Assembly: GCA_964502005.1 (NCBI GenBank)
Contig: CAZCUX010000029.1
Span: forward strand, 32,468 to 96,467
DNA length: 64,000 nt
Direction: 5' to 3'
DNA from: an uncultured Enterobacterales bacterium
GTDB taxonomy: Bacteria; Myxococcota_A; UBA796; UBA2385
Every line of letters begins with the position of its first letter. The stretch's first letter is position 1. The notes under the pieces are model-generated. The model saw only the letters and a program-made list of their open reading frames with translations. It ran no database searches and had not been told where the DNA came from. The position numbers and the translations under genes are program-made. This document shows positions 38,098 to 47,444 of the stretch, piece after piece.

Positions 38098-38210
38098 GTA
38101 TGGTGAATAAGTCTTCAATCCAATCTCCGTATACACTCCCTACAATGACACGGCGGCTGGCTCCCAATTGTTAGCATTTGGTGGGTTTTTCACCCCCCCT
38201 CATTCTTGAA

Positions 38211-38290
38211 GCCGGCGAGACTTCGGCTCGCCGGCCGCCGCGAAGACCCGCAGGGGCTTCGCGGCGCCGCCGGAGCCCGCAGGCTCCGGC
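38211..38290 (-). terminator. Three consecutive GC-rich hairpins downstream of the MVP gene
   Basis: GCCGGCGAG-loop-CTCGCCGGC (38211-38235), CGCCGCGAAG-loop-CTTCGCGGCG (38236-38266) and GCCGGAGCC-cgca-GGCTCCGGC (38269-38290). No clear U-tract follows. Confidence 0.4.
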
Positions 38291-38301
38291 GGGCCCATAA
38301 C

Positions 38302-40863
38302 TTATGCTTTCGCCTCAGCTTTGTCGTTTGTTTCGACCGACAACACCGATGCCAAGGGTGTTCCCGCGAGGAGACGCCGCAGCACGTCGGCTACACTCTC
38401 GCCGCCCAGAATGGCCAAGGGTGCCATCGATGCGCTGACCTTCTCGACCATCGCGCGGTCGCTAAACGCCTGGAGCGCCGCGATGAGGTCCGGCGACACG
38501 GCCTCGGCTTTGGAAACCACAGCCTTGACCTCCGCCTCTAGCTCTCGAATGCGTTGCTCCATCGCGACTTTCGCCGCCTCCGCTTGTGCTTGCTGACTGC
38601 GTGTGCTTCGGACAAGCTCTGCGGTATGAATGGCGTCGAGGTCGGCCTGCGCGGCCTTCTCGGCATCCAGACGACGCGCGCGGAGGGCCAGCTCGCCCTC
38701 GACCCGCGACCGGTTGACGGCTTGCTCTTTGTCTATGCGCGCGACATCGAGGGCCAGCTCCATTCGGCGGGTCTCTTGCTCGGCTTCGACAATCTGGCGC
38801 CGAATCTCCTCACGACGCCGCACCAAAGCCAGTTTTCGCTCTTCGGCCGCCAAGGTGAGTGTCTCATCGACCACCGCGTGCTGTGCGCCGACCAGCAGCT
38901 CCGAGATGTGCTCGTCGCCAATGTCGATGCCGAGCACTTCTACGTCATACACACGCATTCCGTTTTCGGAGAACAAGCGGCCCGGTCGCTTTCCGTCTTC
39001 GCCGGGCCGACCGAGCAAGGTGTCTCGCACCATTTCGATGGCATCGGCGTGAAACTGCTGGATGCCGACTTTCTTGATGGCATTTCGCAGCACCGAGCGG
39101 AGGTGGTCGGTCAGGAACTTGACGTAGTTTTCAACGTGAAACCACTTTGCTGGCTCGCCTTCGAAGTTGACGCGGTAGGACAAGGTGAGGGAGACGGAGC
39201 AGAGGTCGCGGGTTTCGGCATCGACGCGGTCGGAGACGTTGTTGTGCAGCGACCGGAGGTAGACTGTGCGGTGGGGCTGTGCGTCGGACTTGGGGATGCC
39301 GGTGGAAAGCGTGATGGTCTCAAGCGTTTCGTCGTATTCGAGCAGCCGCGCTTTGGGTCCGACGACCACCTCTCGCTCCCCCGTGCGACTTACGACTTGG
39401 ATGGCGTAGCCCGTCCACACGGAAATGGTGACCGCGCCGTCGTAACGGGTGTCGAGGGTGATGGTGCGGGGCGGCGTGAACGACGTAGCGCGCTCAATGC
39501 CGTCGCCCACGGCGCGCTGCCGCCCGCGCTCGGCCGCCACCACCGGCGCTTGCTGCGGAGCGGACTCGCCGGCGCCGACAGCCTCTCGCAATCGCCGATT
39601 GACCTCCATGGCTTCGGTGTTTCCGGGAAACCACAGCGCGACTTGGTGGGGTTGCAGCACGCGCCGCACGATGACTTCTTCGCGTGGGTCGGCGAGGAAC
39701 ATCTTGGGACCGCGGACGAGCCGAATCTGTCCTGAATGGCGATTCAGTACGTACCGACCTTCGCCCGCGGGGATGGCGACCGCGTAATGAATCTGCTGGT
39801 CGCCATAACGGATGATGGCATGCTCGGGACGCGGGAAATAAATCATTTGGTCGCGGCCGGTGACGAACAGTTCGTCGCCGACATTGTGCTTGCCCTTGTC
39901 GTCTTCGTAGGGCGCGATGACCTTGATATAGAGACCGCTGTTTTCGTTGAGTTCGATGGCACGGAACTTTCGCCGGCCACCTTCCTCGACGAACGCTTCG
40001 GTGGGTTCGGGAAAAACCACCGCTGGTCCTTGAATGAAGCGTTTGTTGCCATCTTCATCCAGAAGGACACAATATTCGAGGCGTTCGAGCGTGACGGCAT
40101 CTTGAACGTATTCGCCGTGGGGGCTGCGCAATACCTCGACACCCGTAGGCGGAATATAAAAGCTGACCTCCGTGCCCTGAATGACGAGGCGGCGGCCCAA
40201 CGTGAGGGCGGAGGTGTCGACCTCGGTGGTGGCTGGGTCGGCTTCGTCGCCGCCGGCCTGCCGCTCGACAACCGCGTCATTCCAGTTTTTGCGTGCGGCC
40301 TCTTCATCGTAAATGCGCACCAGCAGGAATTGATTGGACCGAAGCTGGTGCCCTTGCACGACGCGCGCCATTTGGCCGGGCCACAACGCGAAGCTCACGG
40401 GACCCGGAAGATTGACCTTGTGGCCGACATGCAACTCAGTGAGATTGTTGACAGTTCCGTTCTTTGGAGGCCGGCCGTCGAGACTTGGATTCTTGACTGT
40501 GACGTACCAGCCTTTGGGTGCGGTCGGGAACAGCAGGGTGGAGCGCTCGAGCAAGCAGGCTTCGAAACGCTTGGTGTCTTCGTTGAAGAAGACGGGTTGG
40601 TCGGTGTTGGCGAGGCTCGTTTTGTAGGGACCGACGTAGACGTTGATGTTTCCTTTCGTTTGGTCGGAGATGAAGGCGAACTCGTTGGGGGCGAGGACCA
40701 AGTCACGTTCACGGGAGTTGCTCAAGAGACCTCCAGGGCGCACTTCGTAGATTCGTGTCGAAGTGACACCATCTAAATTGTCCCTTTTGGCACCGGAAGT
40801 CCAGTTCGTTGCTTCGATCATGACCGATGGTGACAATGTGAAAAACGACGCGACTTGATACAC
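38302..40863 (-). CDS. Major vault protein (MVP) homologue
   Basis: N-terminal LAPNEFAFISDQTKGNINVYVGPYKTSL parallels human MVP [26 protein letters not shown]. Reiterated vault-repeat motifs (VRGPKMFLADPREEV, IQGPAVVFPEPTEAFV, ELFVTGRDQMIYFP) are followed by a shoulder-like domain and a long C-terminal cap-helix coiled coil (EERKLALVRRREEIRRQIVEAEQ...). Confidence 0.75.
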   Translation of the reverse strand: MYQVASFFTLSPSVMIEATNWTSGAKRDNLDGVTSTRIYEVRPGGLLSNSRERDLVLAPNEFAFISDQTKGNINVYVGPYKTSLANTDQPVFFNEDTKRFEACLLERSTLLFPTAPKGWYVTVKNPSLDGRPPKNGTVNNLTELHVGHKVNLPGPVSFALWPGQMARVVQGHQLRSNQFLLVRIYDEEAARKNWNDAVVERQAGGDEADPATTEVDTSALTLGRRLVIQGTEVSFYIPPTGVEVLRSPHGEYVQDAVTLERLEYCVLLDEDGNKRFIQGPAVVFPEPTEAFVEEGGRRKFRAIELNENSGLYIKVIAPYEDDKGKHNVGDELFVTGRDQMIYFPRPEHAIIRYGDQQIHYAVAIPAGEGRYVLNRHSGQIRLVRGPKMFLADPREEVIVRRVLQPHQVALWFPGNTEAMEVNRRLREAVGAGESAPQQAPVVAAERGRQRAVGDGIERATSFTPPRTITLDTRYDGAVTISVWTGYAIQVVSRTGEREVVVGPKARLLEYDETLETITLSTGIPKSDAQPHRTVYLRSLHNNVSDRVDAETRDLCSVSLTLSYRVNFEGEPAKWFHVENYVKFLTDHLRSVLRNAIKKVGIQQFHADAIEMVRDTLLGRPGEDGKRPGRLFSENGMRVYDVEVLGIDIGDEHISELLVGAQHAVVDETLTLAAEERKLALVRRREEIRRQIVEAEQETRRMELALDVARIDKEQAVNRSRVEGELALRARRLDAEKAAQADLDAIHTAELVRSTRSQQAQAEAAKVAMEQRIRELEAEVKAVVSKAEAVSPDLIAALQAFSDRAMVEKVSASMAPLAILGGESVADVLRRLLAGTPLASVLSVETNDKAEAKA
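39732..39747. repeat. Palindromic element copy CTGAATGGCGATTCAG inside the MVP coding region
   Basis: Perfect half-sites. It is in-frame coding on the minus strand and may be coincidental or a genuine intragenic copy. Confidence 0.7.
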
Positions 40864-40893
40864 GAATCGTGAATCATGGATTTACCTACTGAC

Positions 40894-40912
40894 AATTCGA
40901 GCTAATCGAATT
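40894..40912. promoter_or_regulatory. Inverted repeat AATTCGA-GCTAA-TCGAATT in the divergent MVP/sulP promoter region
   Basis: Perfect 7-bp arms in a locally AT-rich 70-bp gap between divergent starts. Confidence 0.3.
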
Positions 40913-40930
40913 GTGATTTCAGGAGCGACG

Positions 40931-42535
40931 ATGAACACCACCGGACCCACCCGCGCAGGCTTGGCACCCGCCGACCATCCCTCGTTGATTTTTACGGGAT
41001 TCGGTCGGCCGACTCTCGCCGATATGGGCGCAAGCGTCGTCGTTTTCCTCGTTGCCCTGCCACTGTGCTTGGGAATTGCGCTCGCTTCTGGCGCGCCGCT
41101 TCTTTCGGGCGTCGTCTCCGGGATTATCGGGGGCCTGGTGGTGGGCTTGTTGTCGCCGAGCCATGTGCAAGTGAGCGGCCCTGCGGCGGGGCTCACCGCA
41201 ATCGTATTGGCGGCGATTGTCTCCCAAGGCTCGTTCGCGGCCTTCTTGCCCGCGGTCGTGCTGGCGGGCGCGCTCCAAGTCGCAATGGGCGTGTTCAAGC
41301 TCGGCTTTGTGGCACGCTTTGTGCCTGGCTCGGTCATCAAAGGGATGCTCGCAGCGATTGGCCTGATTCTCGTGCTCAAGCAACTTCCGCACCTTGTCGG
41401 TTGGGATGCGGATGCGTTCGGCGACGAGTCCTTTGTGCAGTCCGACCAGGAGAACACGTTCACGGAGCTATTGGTGGCCGCCACGCACATTCAGCAGGGT
41501 GCGTTGGTGGTTGGTTTGGTGTGTCTCGCCCTCGTAGCGGCCTGGGCAAAGCTTCCATGGGCCGCGCTCAAGCGGGTTCCGGCGCCGCTCGTGGCCGTTT
41601 TGGTTGGTACGATACTATCGGAGGTGTTTGGCGCACTTGGGGGCGATTGGGCCATCGAGGCCTCGCACAAGGTCGCTTTGCCCGCGGGTGGCCCAACGGA
41701 GCTGCTCGGTGGCCTCACCCGGCCCGATTGGGCGGTGGTCACGCAAAAGGGCACCTGGACTGTGGCCATCACCCTCGCGTTGGTGGCCAGTCTAGAAACA
41801 TTGCTCTCGCTCGAAGCGAGCATACAGCTCGACAAGTGGCGGCGAGAAAGCCCACCCGACCGTGAGCTTGTGGCCCAAGGTGTCGGAAACATCCTCTCGG
41901 GCTTGCTGGGCGGCTTGCCCATTACCGGTGTCATCGTGCGCTCGTCGGCCAACGTCGAGTCGGGCGCCCAGACTCGTTTTTCGGCGATTGTGCATGGCGC
42001 TTGGTTGGTACTGGCCGTCGTTGTGTTCGCGGCGATCCTCAATCGAATCCCGCTCGCCGCTTTGGCCGCGATTTTGCTGCACGTAGGGTATCGTTTGGCC
42101 CGCCCTGCCTTGTTCCGGGACAGTTGGCGTGCCGGCCTCCACCAGTTCTTGCCGTTCCTCATCACCGTCGTCGCAATTTTGTTTACCGACCTCCTCACGG
42201 GAATCGGGATTGGCTTGGCGGTGGGGGTCGTGTCGATTTTGCGGGAAAGCGTTCGTATGCCTGCGCTCCGCATCGTGCAGGGCACAATGCCTGGCGTCAC
42301 CCGGTATGAGCTGGCCGAGCAGGTCACCTTCTTGCACAAAGCAGGCGTGACCGAAACCTTCGCGAGCTTGCCATCGGGCGTGCGGGTGGTCATCGATGGC
42401 ACCGCCTGCCGCAGCCTCGACCCCGACGTGCTGGACACCATTCACGCCTTCCAAGCATCGGCGGGGATTCGCGAAATCGACTGCCACCTCATCGGCCTTC
42501 CGGCGGCATCGGGCAGTGGTGGAAGTGGTCACTAA
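40931..42535 (+). CDS. SulP-family anion transporter (sulfate/bicarbonate permease) with C-terminal STAS domain
   Basis: SulP TM core (LPLCLGIALASGAPLLSGVVSGIIGGLVVGL) and a C-terminal STAS-like segment. ATG start with an AGGAG Shine-Dalgarno 5 nt upstream. Confidence 0.85.
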   Translation: MNTTGPTRAGLAPADHPSLIFTGFGRPTLADMGASVVVFLVALPLCLGIALASGAPLLSGVVSGIIGGLVVGLLSPSHVQVSGPAAGLTAIVLAAIVSQGSFAAFLPAVVLAGALQVAMGVFKLGFVARFVPGSVIKGMLAAIGLILVLKQLPHLVGWDADAFGDESFVQSDQENTFTELLVAATHIQQGALVVGLVCLALVAAWAKLPWAALKRVPAPLVAVLVGTILSEVFGALGGDWAIEASHKVALPAGGPTELLGGLTRPDWAVVTQKGTWTVAITLALVASLETLLSLEASIQLDKWRRESPPDRELVAQGVGNILSGLLGGLPITGVIVRSSANVESGAQTRFSAIVHGAWLVLAVVVFAAILNRIPLAALAAILLHVGYRLARPALFRDSWRAGLHQFLPFLITVVAILFTDLLTGIGIGLAVGVVSILRESVRMPALRIVQGTMPGVTRYELAEQVTFLHKAGVTETFASLPSGVRVVIDGTACRSLDPDVLDTIHAFQASAGIREIDCHLIGLPAASGSGGSGH

Positions 42536-42561
42536 CCCGTGACGATGCGTGTTCTGGAAAA

Positions 42562-42577
42562 CTGAATGACGGTTCAG
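42562..42577. repeat. Degenerate palindromic element copy cTGAATGACGGTTCAg
   Basis: 27 nt downstream of the sulP stop. Followed by TTTGG. Confidence 0.7.
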
Positions 42578-42611
42578 TTTGGTCGCGGGCGCAGACAAGG
42601 GCCGCGCGGGC

Positions 42612-43064
42612 CTACAAGCTTACTTGGCTCTCCGCGACCAAGGACACCCGCTCAAATCCGGCCTGCTGTGCGGTCAACAAGACCTTTCCGACCAGCTTCC
42701 ACGGAGCAGCGGCGTGGGCGCGTACAACGGCAGCGCGCCCACCGCTTTGCTGGAGAGGCGCGTAGAGGTCGGTGACGAGCGCACCTTCGGCGTTTTCCCA
42801 GTAGGACGACGAGCCTGCCCGCCAACCATCGACGTACAAGCCATCGGGGGCAACGTCGATGACCACACCGCGCTCGGGGGGCGCTTCGTTGCGGGTGCGC
42901 GGCAGTGAAAACGCGCCCTCTGGCGTGTCGAGGGGCGGCTCGGCGCTCCAGGTGCGCAACACGGCCACGATGAGCAGCGTAAAGAGGTCGACCATTGGTG
43001 CGAGGGCACCGGTGGACAGACCCGCCGCAGGGGGCGCAGACGACGAAAACATACGCCGCTTCAT
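42612..43064 (-). CDS. ExbD/TolR-family biopolymer transport protein
   Basis: Single TM helix (MVDLFTLLIVAVL) plus periplasmic domain. Start at the internal MKRRMF. ATGA overlap with the upstream paralogue. Confidence 0.7.
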   Translation of the reverse strand: MKRRMFSSSAPPAAGLSTGALAPMVDLFTLLIVAVLRTWSAEPPLDTPEGAFSLPRTRNEAPPERGVVIDVAPDGLYVDGWRAGSSSYWENAEGALVTDLYAPLQQSGGRAAVVRAHAAAPWKLVGKVLLTAQQAGFERVSLVAESQVSL

Positions 43065-43552
43065 GGTGTACCCGGCGACTGGAGGATGATGTCCGGAAAG
43101 AGCTCGCCTTGGTTGTCGGCCTGCACGGCGTCCATCCACGCGACGACGAGGTCTGTGCGGGTATCGGGGCCGGGCATCAACGTCGCGCGGGTGCGCCGCT
43201 GGTCCAACGTCTTGAGGGTGCGCAGAACGCCCTGCAACGCCAGGAGGTCGTCTGCAAAGAGCTCACGACGTTCGACATCCCCCGATGAAGCAAGCACGTC
43301 TGTAGTGCGCACATCCGCGATGATCCGCCATCCTCCTGCCTCGGGCGAAATATCGAGGCGCTCGACGGGGCCGGGGGGGAGCGGCGGCAAGGCGGCTCCC
43401 GGCGCCGATACCGAGAGGGGGAGACCGGCCAAACGTTGTACGCTGGTGGTCATCAGCAGCAGGGGCAGCACAATGACCATGAGCGACACCACCGACAAAA
43501 TCGCCGGAAATTGGTCGGGGGGCGCGGGAGGCCGTGAGAACAACCGACCCAA
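43061..43552 (-). CDS. ExbD/TolR-like protein (second copy)
   Basis: Same architecture (TM ILSVVSLMVIVLPLLL plus periplasmic domain). Confidence 0.6.
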   Translation of the reverse strand: MGRLFSRPPAPPDQFPAILSVVSLMVIVLPLLLMTTSVQRLAGLPLSVSAPGAALPPLPPGPVERLDISPEAGGWRIIADVRTTDVLASSGDVERRELFADDLLALQGVLRTLKTLDQRRTRATLMPGPDTRTDLVVAWMDAVQADNQGELFPDIILQSPGTP

Positions 43553-43555
43553 GCG

Positions 43556-44155
43556 TCACCGTTCCTGCGCACCGCGCGCGGCGGCAGTTGCGGCGGCCAC
43601 CGCTTCACAGAAGGCGAGCACCCGTCGAACCCGCGCGTCGAGCAGCGCGTGGGCAGCCAATGCGGGAATGCCGATGAGAAGGCCATACGCGGTGGTGGAC
43701 ATCGCGGTCGCAATCCCATCCGACAGGCGCGTTGCGCGCTCGACGGCGCTCGCGTCGCCCAAGCCATGGAACGCGACAATGAGCCCATAAACGGTGCCCA
43801 ACAGGCCAAGCATCGTGGCAATGTTGCCGACGGTCGCGAGATAAGGCACCCGCTGGGACACTTCCGCCTCGACACGGGCGGCACGGGCCATCATGGCATC
43901 CCACACGACGCCTTCGTTGGCCGTGCAACCGGCTTCGACGATGTGACGGGCAGGGTGTTGGGGCAGCATCCCGACAACGGTTTGCAAATTCGAAGAAATC
44001 GCTTGCAGCACTTGGTCTTCGGGGGCCCGCCAGCGAACCCACAACAAAAATCCGCGCTCGAAAAGCACAGCCAGACCAAACGCCAACACCGCTGTCAGCG
44101 CGTACATGAAGGCGGCACCCGGGCCTTCGAACGCAGAAAGCAACGCGTTGACCAT
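43556..44155 (-). CDS. MotA/TolQ/ExbB-family proton channel
   Basis: Three TM helices and a conserved C-terminal channel region (TAMSTTAYGLLIGIPALAAHALLDARV). Confidence 0.8.
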   Translation of the reverse strand: MVNALLSAFEGPGAAFMYALTAVLAFGLAVLFERGFLLWVRWRAPEDQVLQAISSNLQTVVGMLPQHPARHIVEAGCTANEGVVWDAMMARAARVEAEVSQRVPYLATVGNIATMLGLLGTVYGLIVAFHGLGDASAVERATRLSDGIATAMSTTAYGLLIGIPALAAHALLDARVRRVLAFCEAVAAATAAARGAQER

Positions 44156-44279
44156 TCATTCCTCCCGGTGCCTCGACCGTCGCTCCGTCGTACCACGTCC
44201 GCCCGCAATCGTACACGAGGGGTGGCCGGAACCATGACCGATGCGCTATCACTCTGGCCCGCGAACGGAGGAAGCACCG

Positions 44280-44756
44280 ATGCGAAATCTCGCTGTTACA
44301 GCAGGTCTGGTGTGCACCTTACTTGCCTGCGGCGGTCCAGCTGGCGGTCCATCGGACTGTGAAGCAATGGGCGCCGGCGCCGCCCGCGATGAGTGCTGGT
44401 CGACCCACGCCCCCACGCTGTTTCGGGCCACCAGCGACCCTGACGCGGCTGTCGCCTTGATTTCCCAGCAGGTCGAAGACCAGCAGATTCGTGACTTTAT
44501 TTGGCTCACGATTACCCGTGAGGTCGACCCCAGCAGCTACCGCTACTGTCGCCTCATCGAAGAGCAAGCCCTGGCGGAGCGTTGCCGCGTGTTGGTGAGC
44601 CGACCGCACTTGCACCGCGAGCTGGTGGGGGGCCAAGCGGGTGGCGCAGGAGGCGGCCCTCCTCCAGGTGGTGGACCTCCGGGTGGTGGACCTCCGGGTG
44701 GTGGACCTCCGCCGGGGCATCGGCCACCACCGGGGCAGAATGCGCCGCAACCCTAA
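44280..44756 (+). CDS. Lipoprotein with C-terminal (GGPP)n repeat
   Basis: Lipobox LLACGG. C-terminal GGGPPPGGGPPGGGPPGGGPPPGHRPPPG. Confidence 0.45.
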   Translation: MRNLAVTAGLVCTLLACGGPAGGPSDCEAMGAGAARDECWSTHAPTLFRATSDPDAAVALISQQVEDQQIRDFIWLTITREVDPSSYRYCRLIEEQALAERCRVLVSRPHLHRELVGGQAGGAGGGPPPGGGPPGGGPPGGGPPPGHRPPPGQNAPQP

Positions 44757-45909
44757 GGTGACGCCGTCCAACCCTAAGTTGGTTCGCGTGGAACATACAA
44801 AGTAGGCCATGCGTTCCGCAAAGGCGAACCAGCTGAACTCGCCCGTCAGCGGCGCTCTGGACTACGTGCTTGCGGCGAGAACGTCGTGGTGTTCTGCCGT
44901 TTGGGTGCTTCCGGCCCTCGCCTGACCCGCAGCGGTATTCGGTGTACGATTTTCACGCGTCCGCACGTATCGTTGTGCGTACCCGTCGCGTGCGTAGAAA
45001 CGAAGGCCGGTCGCGTGTGCTCACCGACGACATGACGCGTCGAAAAGCCGCCTCCTGCGCCGTTCTCTTCTGCGCCAACGGTGGCGACGGGACGGCGCAG
45101 GGTTGTCGGCGCTGGATGACGCGACGAAGACTTGCCGCGGGCCAAGGCGAAGAACCTGGGGGCGGAGCTTGGTACGCAGCGGGCCCGGTCGTGGGTGGGC
45201 GGATGCGGCTGCGCAGACGATGCCGGACATTGGCGTCGCGGTGGGGCGTCGCGGTGGGGCGTCGCGGAGGCTGCGGAGCGGCTTGGCTCCGGCATGCTCC
45301 AAGAACACCAATACCTCGAAGAAGGTCCTCCCCGCAATCGGGCCTCACCGCATATAGATGGAGGAGACGCTGAGACGATTGCAGAATGTGGTCCGGCGAG
45401 GAGGACGATTCTTCAAGGTATTTGGGGACACGCACGGTTTCTGTTTTGCTTCGTAAGGCCGGAAGACCAGCAACGAAAAACAGACCCTCGGTTTGCTTTG
45501 GAGAAGCGAAGATGAGGTGAGGGAGTGCGTTGTGGCGGGGGTGTTCCCCGCTCGGCACACTCTCATCTTACGGCACCGCGACATCGCACGCAAGTGTTTT
45601 TCCACGAAGTGAAGGCCGTTCTGTGACAAAAATCGGAGAACGATGGGTGTTTTTGTCGGTGATCGCGCCCGAAACATACGCCAAAAAGAACGTGCTCATC
45701 GCTGTTGTCGCGGAATGATGTTGGGCTTTCCGCTTGCACAAGTCTGCGACAATTCGGGACAATCGAAGGCGTGGAACGGTGCGTTCTGAGATCGCGACAT
45801 CGATGTCAGGGTCATACGGCAAGAATCGTGCCAACGTATGTGGGCATAAGATCTCGCCGCGCAAGATCCGTTGTATGCGCGATGCGGCAGGAGCGCAGCC
45901 GTTGTGCGC

Positions 45910-46284
45910 TTAGGCCTCTTCGATGTCGAGGTGTTCGCGTAGTAGCTGGGCCACCCGACGCATCGAAAACGGTTTGCGCAGAGCGACGGTCCAGTCGGCG
46001 TTTTTTCGCTCGCCCGTGGACAGCGGGCTGCCTGAAGCGACGATGACGGGGACGTTTCCCCATCGCTCGCGCACGGCGGCGACGACGCCTTGGCCGCCGA
46101 TTCCTGGGAGGTGCCAATCCACAACGGCCGCGTCTACCTGCATGGTGCCCGCAGTCAGCGCATCGACGGCATCCCGACCGCTCGCAAATGCGACGACCTC
46201 AAACCCGCTCCATTGGAGGAACTCGGTGAGGGCCTCTCGTTGTGCGGTGTCGTCCTCCACAAGCATGACCTTGGCTGGGGTCAA
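45910..46284 (-). CDS. Single-domain response regulator (CheY-like receiver)
   Basis: Receiver signature VMLVEDD...DWHLPG...K, and no output domain. Confidence 0.8.
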   Translation of the reverse strand: MTPAKVMLVEDDTAQREALTEFLQWSGFEVVAFASGRDAVDALTAGTMQVDAAVVDWHLPGIGGQGVVAAVRERWGNVPVIVASGSPLSTGERKNADWTVALRKPFSMRRVAQLLREHLDIEEA

Positions 46285-46436
46285 TTGGTTGCCTCCTTGC
46301 GGGGTTACCGTCGGTCCACCGGGTGCGTTGGGGGGTCCTAACCCAATGGGGGGGACCGACGAAATGGTACCCAGACGTATTACACTCCGTCGATGTGTAG
46401 CACAGTGGAAGAAGTCCCAACCGACGGAGACCCATC

Positions 46437-47444
46437 GTGAAAGTAAACTTGGAATTTATCGCCGATAGCAGCGATGGTGTGCTTTGGTCGGTCAGACGGG
46501 GAACAAGCCGCATTGGCCGTGCGCCCGACAACGACCTTGTGATTCCCGAGTCTGCGGTATCGGCCTACCACCTCGTATTGATGAACGATGCTTCGTGTGT
46601 TTCGATTCGAGACCTTGGCAGCACAAATGGCACCTATGTCAACGAGGAAAAAGTTGACGGGACAACCGCGCTTCACGACGCCGACCTCTTGCGGATTGGT
46701 CTTCATGTGCGGGCGCGGGTGGTCTTGCAGCCGGACGATTCGCCGGGGCAGCGGGCGGACGGCTGGTTGGTCCACCTCAATACGGGGCGCTCGTTTTCCC
46801 TCACCGGCGCCATTTCCTTGATGGCGCTCCTTGAAAATGAGCACCCATTGGAAGATTTTGCAGACGCGCTCGAGCCGGACGAAGAGACGGAAGATGGTGT
46901 GTTGACGCATCAACTTCGAATTGCGGGTGACGTGGTGGTGGTGGACGGACCCGAAGGCGTGCGGCGCCATCCGCTCAATGCCCGGTTTGACATCGGACCG
47001 CATCGCTTCGTGGCGCTCAGCGCCGATGATGCTGTCAGCACGACGGTTTCGTCGGTCGATACCCGGTGGACACTCCGGGTGGACATCGGAGGACGCGCGG
47101 GCGCTCAAGCGTATGTGGTGGACCCCGAGGGTCGCAGCCAGGGTTCCATTCGTGCGGCCAACCGTGTCGCGGTGCTGCATCAGCTTGTGCAGCAGCTTGT
47201 GAATGACCGAAGCGGCGGTGTGGGCGAGAACGACGTCGGCTGGGCCTCGGATGAAGACCTCATGCAAGGGGTGTGGGGTCGATTGTGGCGTAGCAAAGGG
47301 CCAGCATCATTTCAAGTGTTGGTCCATCGTGTCCGAAAAGACCTTGCACGCATGGGTTTGTCTGGCTCCATGATAGAAAAACGTGCTGGTTTTACGCGTT
47401 TGAAGCCGGGCACGGTTCGCGTTGAGCCATCCGACCTCGGCTGA
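46437..47444 (+). CDS. FHA-domain protein
   Basis: N-terminal FHA fold (RIGRAPDNDLVIPESAVSAYHLVL...STNGTYVNEEKV). It overlaps the downstream kinase gene. Confidence 0.7.
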   Translation: MKVNLEFIADSSDGVLWSVRRGTSRIGRAPDNDLVIPESAVSAYHLVLMNDASCVSIRDLGSTNGTYVNEEKVDGTTALHDADLLRIGLHVRARVVLQPDDSPGQRADGWLVHLNTGRSFSLTGAISLMALLENEHPLEDFADALEPDEETEDGVLTHQLRIAGDVVVVDGPEGVRRHPLNARFDIGPHRFVALSADDAVSTTVSSVDTRWTLRVDIGGRAGAQAYVVDPEGRSQGSIRAANRVAVLHQLVQQLVNDRSGGVGENDVGWASDEDLMQGVWGRLWRSKGPASFQVLVHRVRKDLARMGLSGSMIEKRAGFTRLKPGTVRVEPSDLG

